Shown here: positions 1 through 11,100 of the stretch, piece after piece
Layout of the letters: each line of letters starts with the position of its first letter
How positions within the stretch are numbered: the stretch's first letter is position 1
Origin: Macrostomum lignano
Lineage: Eukaryota
Direction of reading: 5' to 3'
Assembly: GCA_002269645.1 (NCBI GenBank)
Contig: NIVC01001281.1
Coordinates: 169,302 to 233,301, forward strand
DNA: 64,000 nucleotides
Program-made: the position numbers and the translations under genes
The notes under the pieces: model-generated
Told to the model about the DNA's origin: nothing
The model's database searches: none
What the model saw: only the letters and a program-made list of their open reading frames with translations

Positions 1-185
1 CCAATGGTTTTGCATTAAATTTAGATTTTTCGATAAGTTTAAATAATATCGAATTCTTGTTCGATAACACCTAATTGTCGAAGAAGTCATGAAAAATTAG
101 GTTGTCTGTCATTTCGGACAGAACGACATCGCGACCAAATGTCTTTCCATCGAACACTACAATCCTTTGACAGCTCTAGACTGAG

Positions 186-578
186 CTGACTGATCCTACC
201 CACTGCAATCTGCTCACACTGACTGATCCTACCCGCTGCAATCTGCTCACACTGACTGATTGTACCCGCTGAAATCTGCTCACACTGACTGATCCTACCG
301 CTGCAATCTGCTCACACTGACTGATCCTACCCGCTGCAATCTGCTCACACTGACTGATCCTACCCGCTGCAATCTGCTCACACTGACTGATCCTACCCGC
401 TGCAATCTGCTCACACTGACTGATCCTACCCGCTGCAATCTGCTCACACTGACTGATCCTACCCGCTGCAATCTGCTCACACTGACTGATCCTACCCGCT
501 GCAATCTGCTCACACTGACTGATCCTACCCGCTGCAATCTGCTCACACTGACTGATCCTACCCGCTGCAATCTGCTCA
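186..578. repeat. 33-bp minisatellite, about 12 copies
   Basis: Unit ACTGACTGATCCTACCCGCTGCAATCTGCTCAC repeated almost perfectly; ORFs 176..655 and 295..579 just translate it. Confidence 0.95.
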
Positions 579-2727
579 CTCACAGAAGTTCTTAAATGAT
601 TATGAAACTTACTGATGATGACTAATAGACAAAATAAGAAGAACAGCAGTCTCATGTTTTACCAATGAGTGCGAGCAGTGCAGGAACAAGTGATCTTTTA
701 CAAACGACAGAAGCTAATTGATTGTAAACCACTGCAGCCACATGTGCAACCATTTCTACATGCATTAAGCTCATAATTTTTTTGCCATAGAAATGGGAAG
801 TTCTCGCTTCTTGTTTCAGCCAGAAGCAACATGCAGCTATAATAACAGAAGATTCATCCAAGATGAATGAAATTCTTCTGCAGAACAAAAATTCGCAAAA
901 AGCATCAACTCTTTTAGTCGCATTGCTCTTTTTGGATGCATACAGTTAGGGGGGGGCGCGTTTCACAATCGAAAAGGTTTCTAATTTTTAATTTTTAAAA
1001 TCAAAATAAGACGTTAATTACTTAATTTCTACTGCACAGTGTAAATAGACTATACGCTTTAAATCATTGGGACTGTAGAGCCTTCACCAACTCTGGAAGT
1101 GACTGGTGTTGTTATTGCAACAGCGTTTTAGCAATTCAGCTGTGGAGGACCCCGGCATCAGGCGTTGCATGCGTCGCTACCGCAAATCGAGATTCCGTTG
1201 TACCCCAAAGCGATGCGCTCATTCGGATGTTTCGAAGACGAAACGCACATCCGAGAATGATGTTTCCGGGTCTCCGCAGCCTTTTGTAGTCCTCGTTCTC
1301 TATATCCGACCAGCCAAAACTATTCAGCTTGGCCCAGCTGAAGCAGAACGGGCAGGTTTTCAGCTCAGTCTTGATTCTTGTGGGGTTGTCGGGGCGGGGG
1401 GGGTCAAGGCTCATGTGGTCGCACCGAGTTGGCCGCGGCGGGGCTCAGGTGGAAAACCAAAATTGCAGCAGCAGCGAAGGCAGTAGCGACACGGAACGGC
1501 TGAGCGTGGCTGCAGTCTTGGCGAACTGAAATTTGTCATTTGGACGCAACTTCTTTTATCGCTAACTTTTGTGGCTAACTTTTATGTTATGACTGACTCG
1601 TTACTGGCGTAAGAAATAATAACTTGTCTAATTAATAGTGCATATTTCTCGCTCACATACGGAATAAGTTTTTTTCAGCTTAAACCATGACAAACTAATC
1701 AAACAGTAACCAACAGTAGCATGATGCGTAGCAGATCTGAAGTCTTGGCTTACCAGGTTCGGCGACTGTATAGGTCAGAAAAAGTATTTCTGAAAATGTC
1801 AATGAAGATTTGCAGGATATTAAAACTTAAATTACTTCGATTTAAATACACATGTAGATGGCGCGTGGAGTTCTGCGAATTTGTAAATTTCCCCTAATTG
1901 CGAATTGATTTTTCGAAGGCATTTTAATTTAAAGAAGATTCAAGCAAATGATTTTTTAAATAATAAATCGCAAAACTCAGACGCAATGGATTGCGCAGTA
2001 CTGAAATATAATGGCCAAACACGAGTGCGCGCACGAGTGTCTGTGGCCATTATTTCAGCCCCTTACCTACTACGCAACGGCATTGTCTATAAGACACATA
2101 GAGGCCATTGTAATATATACTTTTTACCCAGACGCAATAACAAAATATTTGGGCCATTATTCCACAGTTTTGATGTGTACCATAGACATTTGGATTGAAA
2201 AAATCATCGCACAGCATTTTTGTTGATAAATACATAACAGCAAGGAGTAAATGAACAAAAAGGAAAAAAATCATTAAAACTAAAGTACCAGCTACAGGAA
2301 AAGAGTTCATTATAAATGTCACAGCTAGTGCAGGTCATCAGTTTTAGTCGAAATTTGACAATGTGAAAATCTGTCACTCAAAGTGAAACATGCAGTACTC
2401 AAAGCCGCAGTTCCTAAAGATGCTCGACACTTTAGCCTGATGATTTGGCACTGCAAAAGGAGTTGGTCTATTTTGAATGTTTTCTATAAAAGAGAAATAC
2501 AGGTGCTCAACTATAGATGCCGAACTTACCATTTGAAAGATGCACGTCTTGGTTGGCTTGCGACTGATAAGCTTCGTCTGATGGCCTTCTTTGGTAACGC
2601 AGTATCCAAGTTGGGATTCTTTGGGACTGTCGGCTGCTCGACTAAATCTATCGGCTGCTTTGAGTCATCGCTTATAGCCATCGAGGCGTTGAAGACTGCA
2701 TGGTCGCGTTTTCTTCCTAGGTAGCGC

Positions 2728-3473
2728 TGCACGGTTCGTTCAGTCGTCGACAGGAAGATTTTTTCCAATTAATTAGCGCGGCTGTTTGACGAGATGCACC
2801 AGTTAAAGTTGTTTGACAAGACAAATAGCTTTTTCTCTCACTACTCGCTTTTCTGTTTCTTACAAGACGCAAGCGAAACCAGCACTCATCACAGTGTGTC
2901 TATGGTCAATCTAAGACACACATCTCAGTGGTCTATGGGTAAAATAACTCTTAAAACAGCCAATTGAAGCATGATAAAAAAGTGTGGAATACCAATTGAA
3001 GCATGATAAAAAAGTGTGGAATAATGACAGCGACAATAGTGTGGAATAATGGCCGCAAAAGTGTGGAATAATGACTGCGCGCTGAGTGAAATTATAAGTA
3101 CAATGCACTTGTATAGTATGCAACTGAGTTGAATACTATACAATCTACCATTATTTCAGCATAACGTAGTCTGCCGGCCATTATTTCAGCGTGCCGAAGC
3201 GCTATTTCACACTTTTTTATCACGCTTCAATTGGCTGTTTTGAGAGTTATTTTACCCATAGACGACTGAGATGTATGTCTTAGTTTGACCATAGACAACA
3301 CTGTGATGAGTGCTGATTTCGTTTGCGTCTTGCAAGAACTCAGGAAAGCGGGTAGTACGAATGAAAGCTATTTATTTGTCTTGTCAAACAACTATGGCTG
3401 GTGCATCTCGTCGAACAGCCCCGCGCTTATTAATTGGAAACATCTTCTTGTCGACGACTGAACGAACCGTGCG
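2728..3473. mobile_element. Foldback/MITE-like element with about 290-bp inverted arms
   Basis: GCACGGTTCGTTCAGTCGTCGAC...ATGATAAAAAAGTGTG (about 2728-3020) is the diverged reverse complement of about 3205-3473. Spacer carries GTGGAATAAT and CCATTATTTCAGC sub-repeats. No coding capacity. Confidence 0.7.
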
Positions 3474-4564
3474 ACCTATATGCTTCAGTGAAGATGCGGG
3501 GTGAAGGATGAAGAGACACAGGAGATGCGGGTGAAGCATGGTAAGCATAATATGTCAACATTGTAAGTAAATTAGTGTGGCTTATACTAATGGCTATAGA
3601 AACAGAATTTTTTACAATGTCCATTAATGGATTCGGAACGCGCAATTCGCTTCTTCGAGAACTGCCACTTCAAGGATTGCACGTTTCAGTTTTAATGAGC
3701 AACTGCTGATGAACAGTCTATGACTACTGGACGTGTTGCTTTTGTGCTTAATGTGTGCGTTTTCCATTGTTTAGCAATTTGACGATCATTATTCACATTT
3801 TTAATGCAGAACAATCCATTACTACAAACAATGCATTGTCTGTAGGATCGTCAAACAGAAAAACAATGCAAAGAATCAGCGGTCGCAGCACGTGACAACG
3901 ATTTGTCTATGGCTCGCGCCTACCGGCGCTCGCCAGACAATCGTTGTCACGCGCTGGGACCGCTGATTATTTATCCATTGTTTGTTAGCTAAAATGACTA
4001 TCCTTTTTCAGCGTATTCCAGAATGTTATGTAGACTGTTTGCGATTATTAACCCCTTGTGTCAGTTAATAAATGCATAGTTAACTAATCGTCTATGGTTC
4101 AAACGCCTGCTAAAGCTGAACTAATGGCCAGTTGAGTTTGTCATTTCGCCAGCTAGGCTGTGTCTTATGGACAATGATAGATTGTGTATATGGTTTTGGA
4201 GGTAGACAATGATAAAATTTTCACGAGTGGCTATAAACATTATAGCTAGGTTTGCGTAAGGGGAGCGGTGACGTTACTGGGGGAAATGTGTGATATGCAT
4301 GTGACATGTTGCTGGGGAAATTGTGATGTCTCGACATACATATGTATGGACTAGTAGGCTTCCAAATTCTAATGCAGGACGCGCGGTTCACGAACATCGC
4401 ATTGAATTAGGTTGCCCTCTAGAGGTTGGGTGTGGTGCCTCTGACAGCAGGAGAGCCGGGGTGTCGGAAGTTCCATCATCTGTCCGCCAGCGTCTAGCTA
4501 GATCTCTCGACGTGCCCTCGATGTCGTCCTGAACACAGAGAATAACGGTCTATATAGCTATATA

Positions 4565-4767
4565 CAGTGGTCCTTGGCGGTCAGAGCGTCGTCGGACTCT
4601 CGACTTGAAGGTCGGGGGTTCGATTCCCGGTCCCACTTGAACGATTTGTGCCCTTGAGCAAGACGCTTAACTCTGCATTGCTTCTGTTCACCCAGCTGTG
4701 TAAAATGGGTGCCAGCTGCATTAGCTGGGGTAATTGAGGGTGTGTGTGGCGACCCCCCCCCCCCCAG
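4565..4767 (+). mobile_element. tRNA-derived CORE-type SINE, 5' part (3' tail displaced to 6095-6120)
   Basis: B-box-like GGTTCGATTCCC, then TGTGCCCTTGAGCAAGACGCTTAAC...CAGCTGTGTAAAATGGG resembling the MIR/CORE domain. Matches the intact copy at 21819-22032. Confidence 0.75.
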
Positions 4768-4951
4768 CAGGGGTGTCGGAACCGGGGGGGGCCCACTTTT
4801 TAGCATGATCCTGCAAGTGCCCTTTTTTAATTTCAAGCAAGTGTCGGCCGGTTTTCGGCTTTGGCTGATATAATAGCTCGTAGTTCAGTCGTTCTCAATC
4901 CTATTCCACTACAGTTTTTATCTAATGTGCCTAAGCCTAGCGCTTTTAGTG

Positions 4952-5677
4952 CAGAGGTCAGCAAACGTTTTACCTCTAGGGCCAGATTGAGAACAGCGCA
5001 TGACTGCCCTTCTGGGTCCGCTTCGCTGGGCCCTCTAAGCAAAACGCGCGCCCAGGAGTCCGCGATGACTGCGGGCTATAAGGAGAGAGGATAGGGAATA
5101 GAGAAGAGAAGAAAATACGAGCGCAGGAGCGAGAAAGGAGAGGCGAAGGAATAAAGGAGAAGAGAGTAGACGAGAAGAAAGATAAAATAGGAGAGAAGGA
5201 GAGGAGAGAGAAGGGAAGGGAGAAGAGAATGGAGAGGAAACGGGAGATGAGAGGAGAGGAAACAAGAGATGAGAGGAGAGGAGAAAGAAGAGAGGAGAGG
5301 AGAGGGGAGAGGTGAGATGAGAGGAGAGGAGAGGATAGGAAAGGAGAGGAGAGAGGTGAGGAGATGAGAGGAGAGGAGATGAGAGGAAAGGAGAGATCGG
5401 AGAGGAGAGGAGAGAGGTGAGGAGATGAGAGGAAAGTAGAGAGGAGAGGAGAGGAGAGGAGAGGAGAGGAAAGTAGAGAGGAGAGGAGAGGAGAGGAGAG
5501 GAGAGGACAGGAGAATATGAGAAGAGAGAGGTGAGGGAAGAGAGCTGAGAAGAGACACAAGCATCGAGCGGGCCGGATTGCTATTGTGAAGATTCAAAAG
5601 GACCCAAGGGCCGGATATAGAGAGGCTTTGCGGGCAACATTTGGCTCTCAGGCCGGAGTTTGCCAACCCCCGGCCTG
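4952..5677. mobile_element. Nested hAT (Charlie-like) element
   Basis: Left end CAGAGGTCAGCAAAC, right end GTTTGCCAACCCCCG resemble the CAGGGGTCGGCAAAC-type TIR. Imperfect TSD TTTTAGTG / TTTTAGTA, right copy offset by 5 nt. Confidence 0.55.
5085..5555. repeat. Purine-rich (GAGGA)n-like low-complexity tract
   Basis: Almost only G and A; source of the SSPLL-type artefact ORFs on the minus strand. Confidence 0.9.
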
Positions 5678-7608
5678 TTTTAGTATTAAGCCTTTTTTAC
5701 TTTGGCATCTCTGATCAAAATCCCGAGTCCACCGCAATCCCAAGATAAAAGAATAAAGAGACAGCGCCAAGAGGAACTGATCGAAGGAGGCAGCCAAGAG
5801 ATCCAGAAAATTACTGGTCTTGCCCTGGCAATTTTCATTCATTTTGATATGAATTAAGTTGCGCAGTTGCGCAATGTTTGAATTAGTTGAAAAACATTTT
5901 TTCAAACAGTTAAAACATTTTTAGACTTTTGGCCACACCTAACACAGAATTGAATATTGGCCTGGTTTTCACAATTAATGCCACAAAAACTGACATAACA
6001 GCAGGAGTTAGGGTGCCCTTAGATAAAAAAATCATGTGCAATGTGCCCTCCCACCATATAGCCCCCCACTTTGAAATATGTTCCGACACCGCTGCCCCCC
6101 AGTCCTTGGACTGAACAGCTTGGCTGAGCTTCGGTTGCACATCTGCCTATTGGTGTAGGTGTAATCAATTGTTATTATTACGCACAGAGCATTGAGATGA
6201 AACAGCCCGAGGAACGAGGAACCAGATAGAAACAGCCCGAGGACAGAGTCCAATAAATTTACGCTCGTACAGATCGAGCGTACAGTTATATCGATGACTT
6301 TTCGATGCATTGATATAAGCAAGCCGAAGCTCCAAAGTCGGATTATATATGAGTGCCAAAATTTTGACTGAGGCACGGGGCTGTGGCAGAGTGTCAAAGA
6401 CCGAAAAAATGAGGCAGCTTTAGACAGAATTTTAACAGGCTCATTAAGGATAGGTAGCCAAAAAGTACAGCACTCCTTTCAATTTCTGAAGCAGCAAATT
6501 GTCATTGCATGGGCCAGTAGCTAGCTTTATTTGAGTTTTCTGTCTCTACTAATGTAATGGAAATTTAATCCATAGGGTCGAACGCGACGAGACGACATTT
6601 GTTTTTCGCTTGGTCTTCGGTTTTTGATTTAAGAATTTTTCTATGAATGTCACGCGTCGTATGGTATGGTAGGCTGGTAGCTAGCTAGGCTTGCAAAAAG
6701 CAAGTCCAATGAAAGCTAGAACTAGCAGCTGTCGGCTGGCCGGTTCCAGTTCAGTTGCTGCGTTGCATTTATCATTCATGAGAGGACGTGTATGCGACCC
6801 GTGTTCCAACTCCAACACAGGCTCTTCAAGATGCCTCTAAGTAACCCTAACCCTAACTTTATGATATGTTATGTTATGATAGATGATAAGGCCTATCAAG
6901 TTTTTTTATTTTGCATTTGCTTTTTCGCTCTTTCGCTTGAAAGCTGCGAGTGGTATAATAAAATTTATACCTACCTAGACTAGAGAATTCTTTGTATTGT
7001 AGACATAGGCCTACCTTAAAAATAGCCCAACCTAAGTAGATTTTTAACTTTTTTGATAGGGGCCTAATGATAATTTTGAATTTTATAATGTAATAAGTGC
7101 TTTAAAATTCAAGTTTCATTGTTTTATTTACTAAATTGAACCAAAATATTCATTCAATAGGCTAGGGCTCATCCCTATATATGTATGTATATAGGGCCTA
7201 GGCCTATGTATAGTTTTAATACAATGTGAATTAGGGCTAGGCTAATTTGGGCCTTCTATCCAACTAGACCACAAATCAATATTGTAATTTTTGGAAAATT
7301 GGCTAATTGCTTATTTTGTAACTTTTTAACATTAATTTTATAATTTTATTTTGGCAATTTTTATTTTTTCCATGTTTAATTCTTTAAAGTTTAATAATTT
7401 TTAATTCAAACAAGTACAAAATTATATAGGCTATAAAAATTTGAGAGAAACAAAGGAAAGCTTCTATAACTGGTCAATGAATATAAAAAGAAAATAAGCT
7501 ATAAATAGTTTAAAGCCAGAGAAAAAAAATTAAATTGTACATAATGCAAAACTATATTGCAAGAAAGCTCCAAATATAAACTATGTCCACTTTTTCATGT
7601 TGCTTGGG

Positions 7609-7763
7609 CGCAACCTTGAGATTCACCCGGCCATTTCTATTGGCAACACACGCATGTAAGTCGCTATTGTCTGAGAGCAGTCACGTGACTACTCTTCTGT
7701 CCAATAGCAACTTACATGTGTGTGTTGCCAATAGAAATGGCCGAGTAAATCCCAAAGTTTTGC
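7609..7763. other. About 150-bp imperfect palindrome centred on AGTCACGTGACT
   Basis: GGCCATTTCTATTGGCAACACACGCATGTAAGT pairs with ACTTACATGTGTGTGTTGCCAATAGAAATGGCC; centre at 7684/7685. Confidence 0.85.
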
Positions 7764-8172
7764 ATGTATGTTTTTCATTAAAGGTATGCACTTTTACATG
7801 CACCTGTGATTGTGTGTGTATGTGTGTAATAGTGATAGCCCATAATTCATGGGTTTTGTACTTTGAGACAGCGTGGCCAAATGAATACAATGCAATTGCA
7901 AGAAGTGATTGCAGAGAAGAAAAAGTCACAAAGGCTTGGAAGGCTGGTGTGCACTTATATTATAGTTAAACTACTAACCTGCATGATTCAGCAAACACCA
8001 AACCCCCCACCCGGCCTAGGCTGGTCTGGGCAGACAGACAAACACCCTAGCCAATCAGAATGCAAGAACACTAACCGGTGTACAAGCTGCATACACAACA
8101 ATGGAGTCTCAATTGTGACAGCCCAGTGCATCCAAATCTTGCATTTCTTCCACCCACTGCATTTCTCTCCAG

Positions 8173-11100
8173 TCAACGCCAAGAAGTCAGGCTGCTCAGC
8201 AGCCGGAAGGCGCCCCAGGCCAGCTGCAGCAGCTGTCCTATCCCTACCTCAATCTGTTCAAGGAGCTGGGCGTTGGCCAATGGAACAGGTCAGAGTGCCA
8301 TGGCGGGGTGGCCTCCTACATGGACCAGACTGTTAAGTCAACTGCCTTCAGCATCCAGGGCGCGGTTTCCGCCTCCAACTACATCCAGCTGCCCAGGCCT
8401 GCTGGCCGCGGCCTGCAGCTGCAGTGCCGCTACCTGTACGTGCAGTTCCGGCCCAGCCCCGGCCGCCACTTCGTGCTGCACGTGGACCTGGCAGCGGCCG
8501 GCACCGCCGCCCCGGTGCGGCTCAGCGTCAGCAGCCTCTACAAGCGGCCTGCCGGCGGCGCCGCTGCCATCAAGCTGCCGTTCGTCTTCGACGCCGACGG
8601 CCGAGGCCGCCTGCTGGCCGCGCCGCCGGACGAGTCCGAGGCGCCGGCGGCCGGGGCGCCCTGCCCGGAGGCGGCCCGCTGGACTCTGCTGCGTCTCGAC
8701 CTGGACTGGGCGCTGCGGGTGTTCGCCGGGGTTCGTCTCGGCTGCCTGCGCGGCCTTCGGCTCTGCGCCTGCATGAGCGCCCGCGCCGTCTTTGCCGCCT
8801 CCAGGCGCTACCAGCCGGGCGCATCGCCCGGCTCCGAGGAGGCGCTGCCCCGCGCCATGGCCTTCTTCCTGGGCCGCGGCGAGCGCTTTGAAGATCGCTA
8901 CGATTTTGTGCAGCTGCCCGAGCCCACAGTCGAAGCTCGCGAGGCCGCGTCTCCTGTCGGGCCGGCTGAGCGAAGACCCTCGCCGCCGCCTGCGCCGCTG
9001 ACGCCGCCGCCGCCTCAACAGCCGCAGTCGTCCTTCGTCAGGCCGGCTGCTTCTGTGCCGGCGTCAGCAGCGGCGGAGCTGCGCCTGTCGCGGGTGCTGG
9101 GCTGCACACAGCCGCACAGCGCCTGCTGGACCCAGGAGGAGCTGGTCTTCCCCTGCCACGCCCTGGTGGTGGCCCAGTGCCTGGCCACCGGCCGCCAGCG
9201 CTTCTTCACCGGCCACACGGACTCCGTTGGCTGCGTGGCCGTGGACTCCGCCTGCGGCCGGATGGCCAGCGGCCAGCGCGGCCTGCTCCGCCTGTGGGAC
9301 TTCGCCGGCCAGCGCTGCCTGGCCCACTGTCCGGCCTTTCAGCTGGGCGCCGGCCTTCTGGCCTTCTCGCCCGGCGGCCTTCGGTTGGCTGGCACCGGCC
9401 GGGACGCTCACGGACGCTTTGTGGTCACCGTCTGGCAGGTGAGCCGGGGCTGGCGTGCTGGGATTTGAATCAAGATAGGATGGGATTTGAGTCATGATTG
9501 GATGGGATTTGGGCCTGGGATGTGGAATCTGGTGGATAATTTTCCCCACATCCGCGATCCCCAGACGGACGGGCCGGTCGTCCGGTTGCTCGCCAAGGCC
9601 TGCAGCGACCAGGCCCCCGTTGCCCTGCACTTCCTGGACGAGGCGCGCGTAGTCACCTGCGGCCGCGGCGCCGTTCGCTTCTGGCGCGTCAAAGGCGGCG
9701 GCGGCGCCGCCGGAACCTCGGCGCTGCTCCGCTCGGCGCCGGCTGCCCTGGGCGAGTACGCGGCGCTGGACTTCACCGCCGTCTGCCCGCTGCCCGGGCC
9801 TGCCGACGCTGACCCGCTGGTGCTGGCCTGCGCCCGGTCCGGCCACGTGCTCGAGCTCGGCGCCTCCGACCTGGCCGTCCGGCGCGCCCGCCGCCTGCTG
9901 CCGTCGGACCGGACAGCCTGGCGTGGCCGAGCTCGGCCGGCCGGCATCGAGGTGTCCGCGGTGGCGGCCAACGAGTCCTTCTGCGTGACGGGCTCGGCCG
10001 ATGGCTTCCTGCGCGTCTGGCCGCTCGACTTCTCGCAGGTGGGTCTTCGACTCGAGGTCCCTCACTTGAAGCTCGCTTTATCTCTGTGTTTGACCCTGGG
10101 ACTAATTTGTGCGGGCTGATTTGGAAATGAACTGGTGCACCGCCTCTTGCAGGGAAGTCTAGTTATAATGTATTGAAATTTCCTCTTATCTTGAAATTGA
10201 CCAAAAATACCTTGACCAAAATTACACCTGACTGAATTACACTTGACTGTAGCTGACCAAATCATACCTGACCAAATTACACCTGACCAAATTACACCTG
10301 ACCAAATTACACCTGACCAAATTACACCTGACCAAATTACACCTGACCAAATTACACCTGACCAAATTACACCTGACCAATTTACACCTGACCAAATTAT
10401 AACCTGACCAAATTACACCTGACCAAATTACACCTGACTAAATTACACCTGACCAAATTATAACCTGACCAAATTACACCTGACCAAATTACACCTGACC
10501 AAATTACACCTGACCAAATTACACCTGACCAAATTACACCTGACCAAATTACACCTGACCAAATTACACCTGACCAAATTACACCTGACTAAATTACACC
10601 TGACCAATTTACACCTGACCAAAAAGCACCTGACCAATTTACACCTGACCAAAAAGCACCTGACCAAATTACACCTGACCAAATAGCACCTGACCAAATT
10701 ACACCTGACCAAATAGCACCTGACCAAATTACACCTGACCGAATTAAACCTGACCGATATTACCCCAAACCTTACCTTATGAAATTCCCCGCTCGCCCAG
10801 GTGCTCCTCGAGGCCGAGCACGAGAGCCCAGTGGTGACCGCCGCTCTCAGTCGGGACGGCGCCAGCGCCCTGGCCGCCACCGCCGCCGGCTGCCTCGGAG
10901 TCCTGGACGTTGCCCGCCGCGCCTACCGGACACTCGTCCGCTCGCCCGGCCCCGGCCCGGTTGCCTCCGCCCACCTCGGCCGGGACACCCTGGCCACGGT
11001 GTCCGCCGGCGACAAGTCGCTCCGCCTGTGGAGCTCCGACCGCCTCGACCAGTGCCAGAGCTTCGGCCTCGCTGAGCCGCCCTGCCGCGTCGCTGTTCAC

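Larger units (their letters stand above)
4768..6094. mobile_element. Non-autonomous hAT-like DNA transposon, 1327 bp
   Basis: TIRs CAGGGGTGTCGGAAC (4768-4782) and GTTCCGACACCGCTG (6080-6094), 14/15 match. 8-bp TSD CCCCCCAG at 4760-4767 and 6095-6102. Confidence 0.85.

Noticed and set aside
1106-1529. Possible terminal exons of a gene starting outside the window
   Set aside because: GC-richer and has splice-like sites, but no recognisable homology or consistent frame.
4575-4640. tRNA gene (also 21819-21890)
   Set aside because: No complete cloverleaf or T-run terminator; continues into the SINE body.
6840-6857. Telomeric repeat (TAACCCTAACCCTAAC)
   Set aside because: Fewer than three units; too short to interpret.
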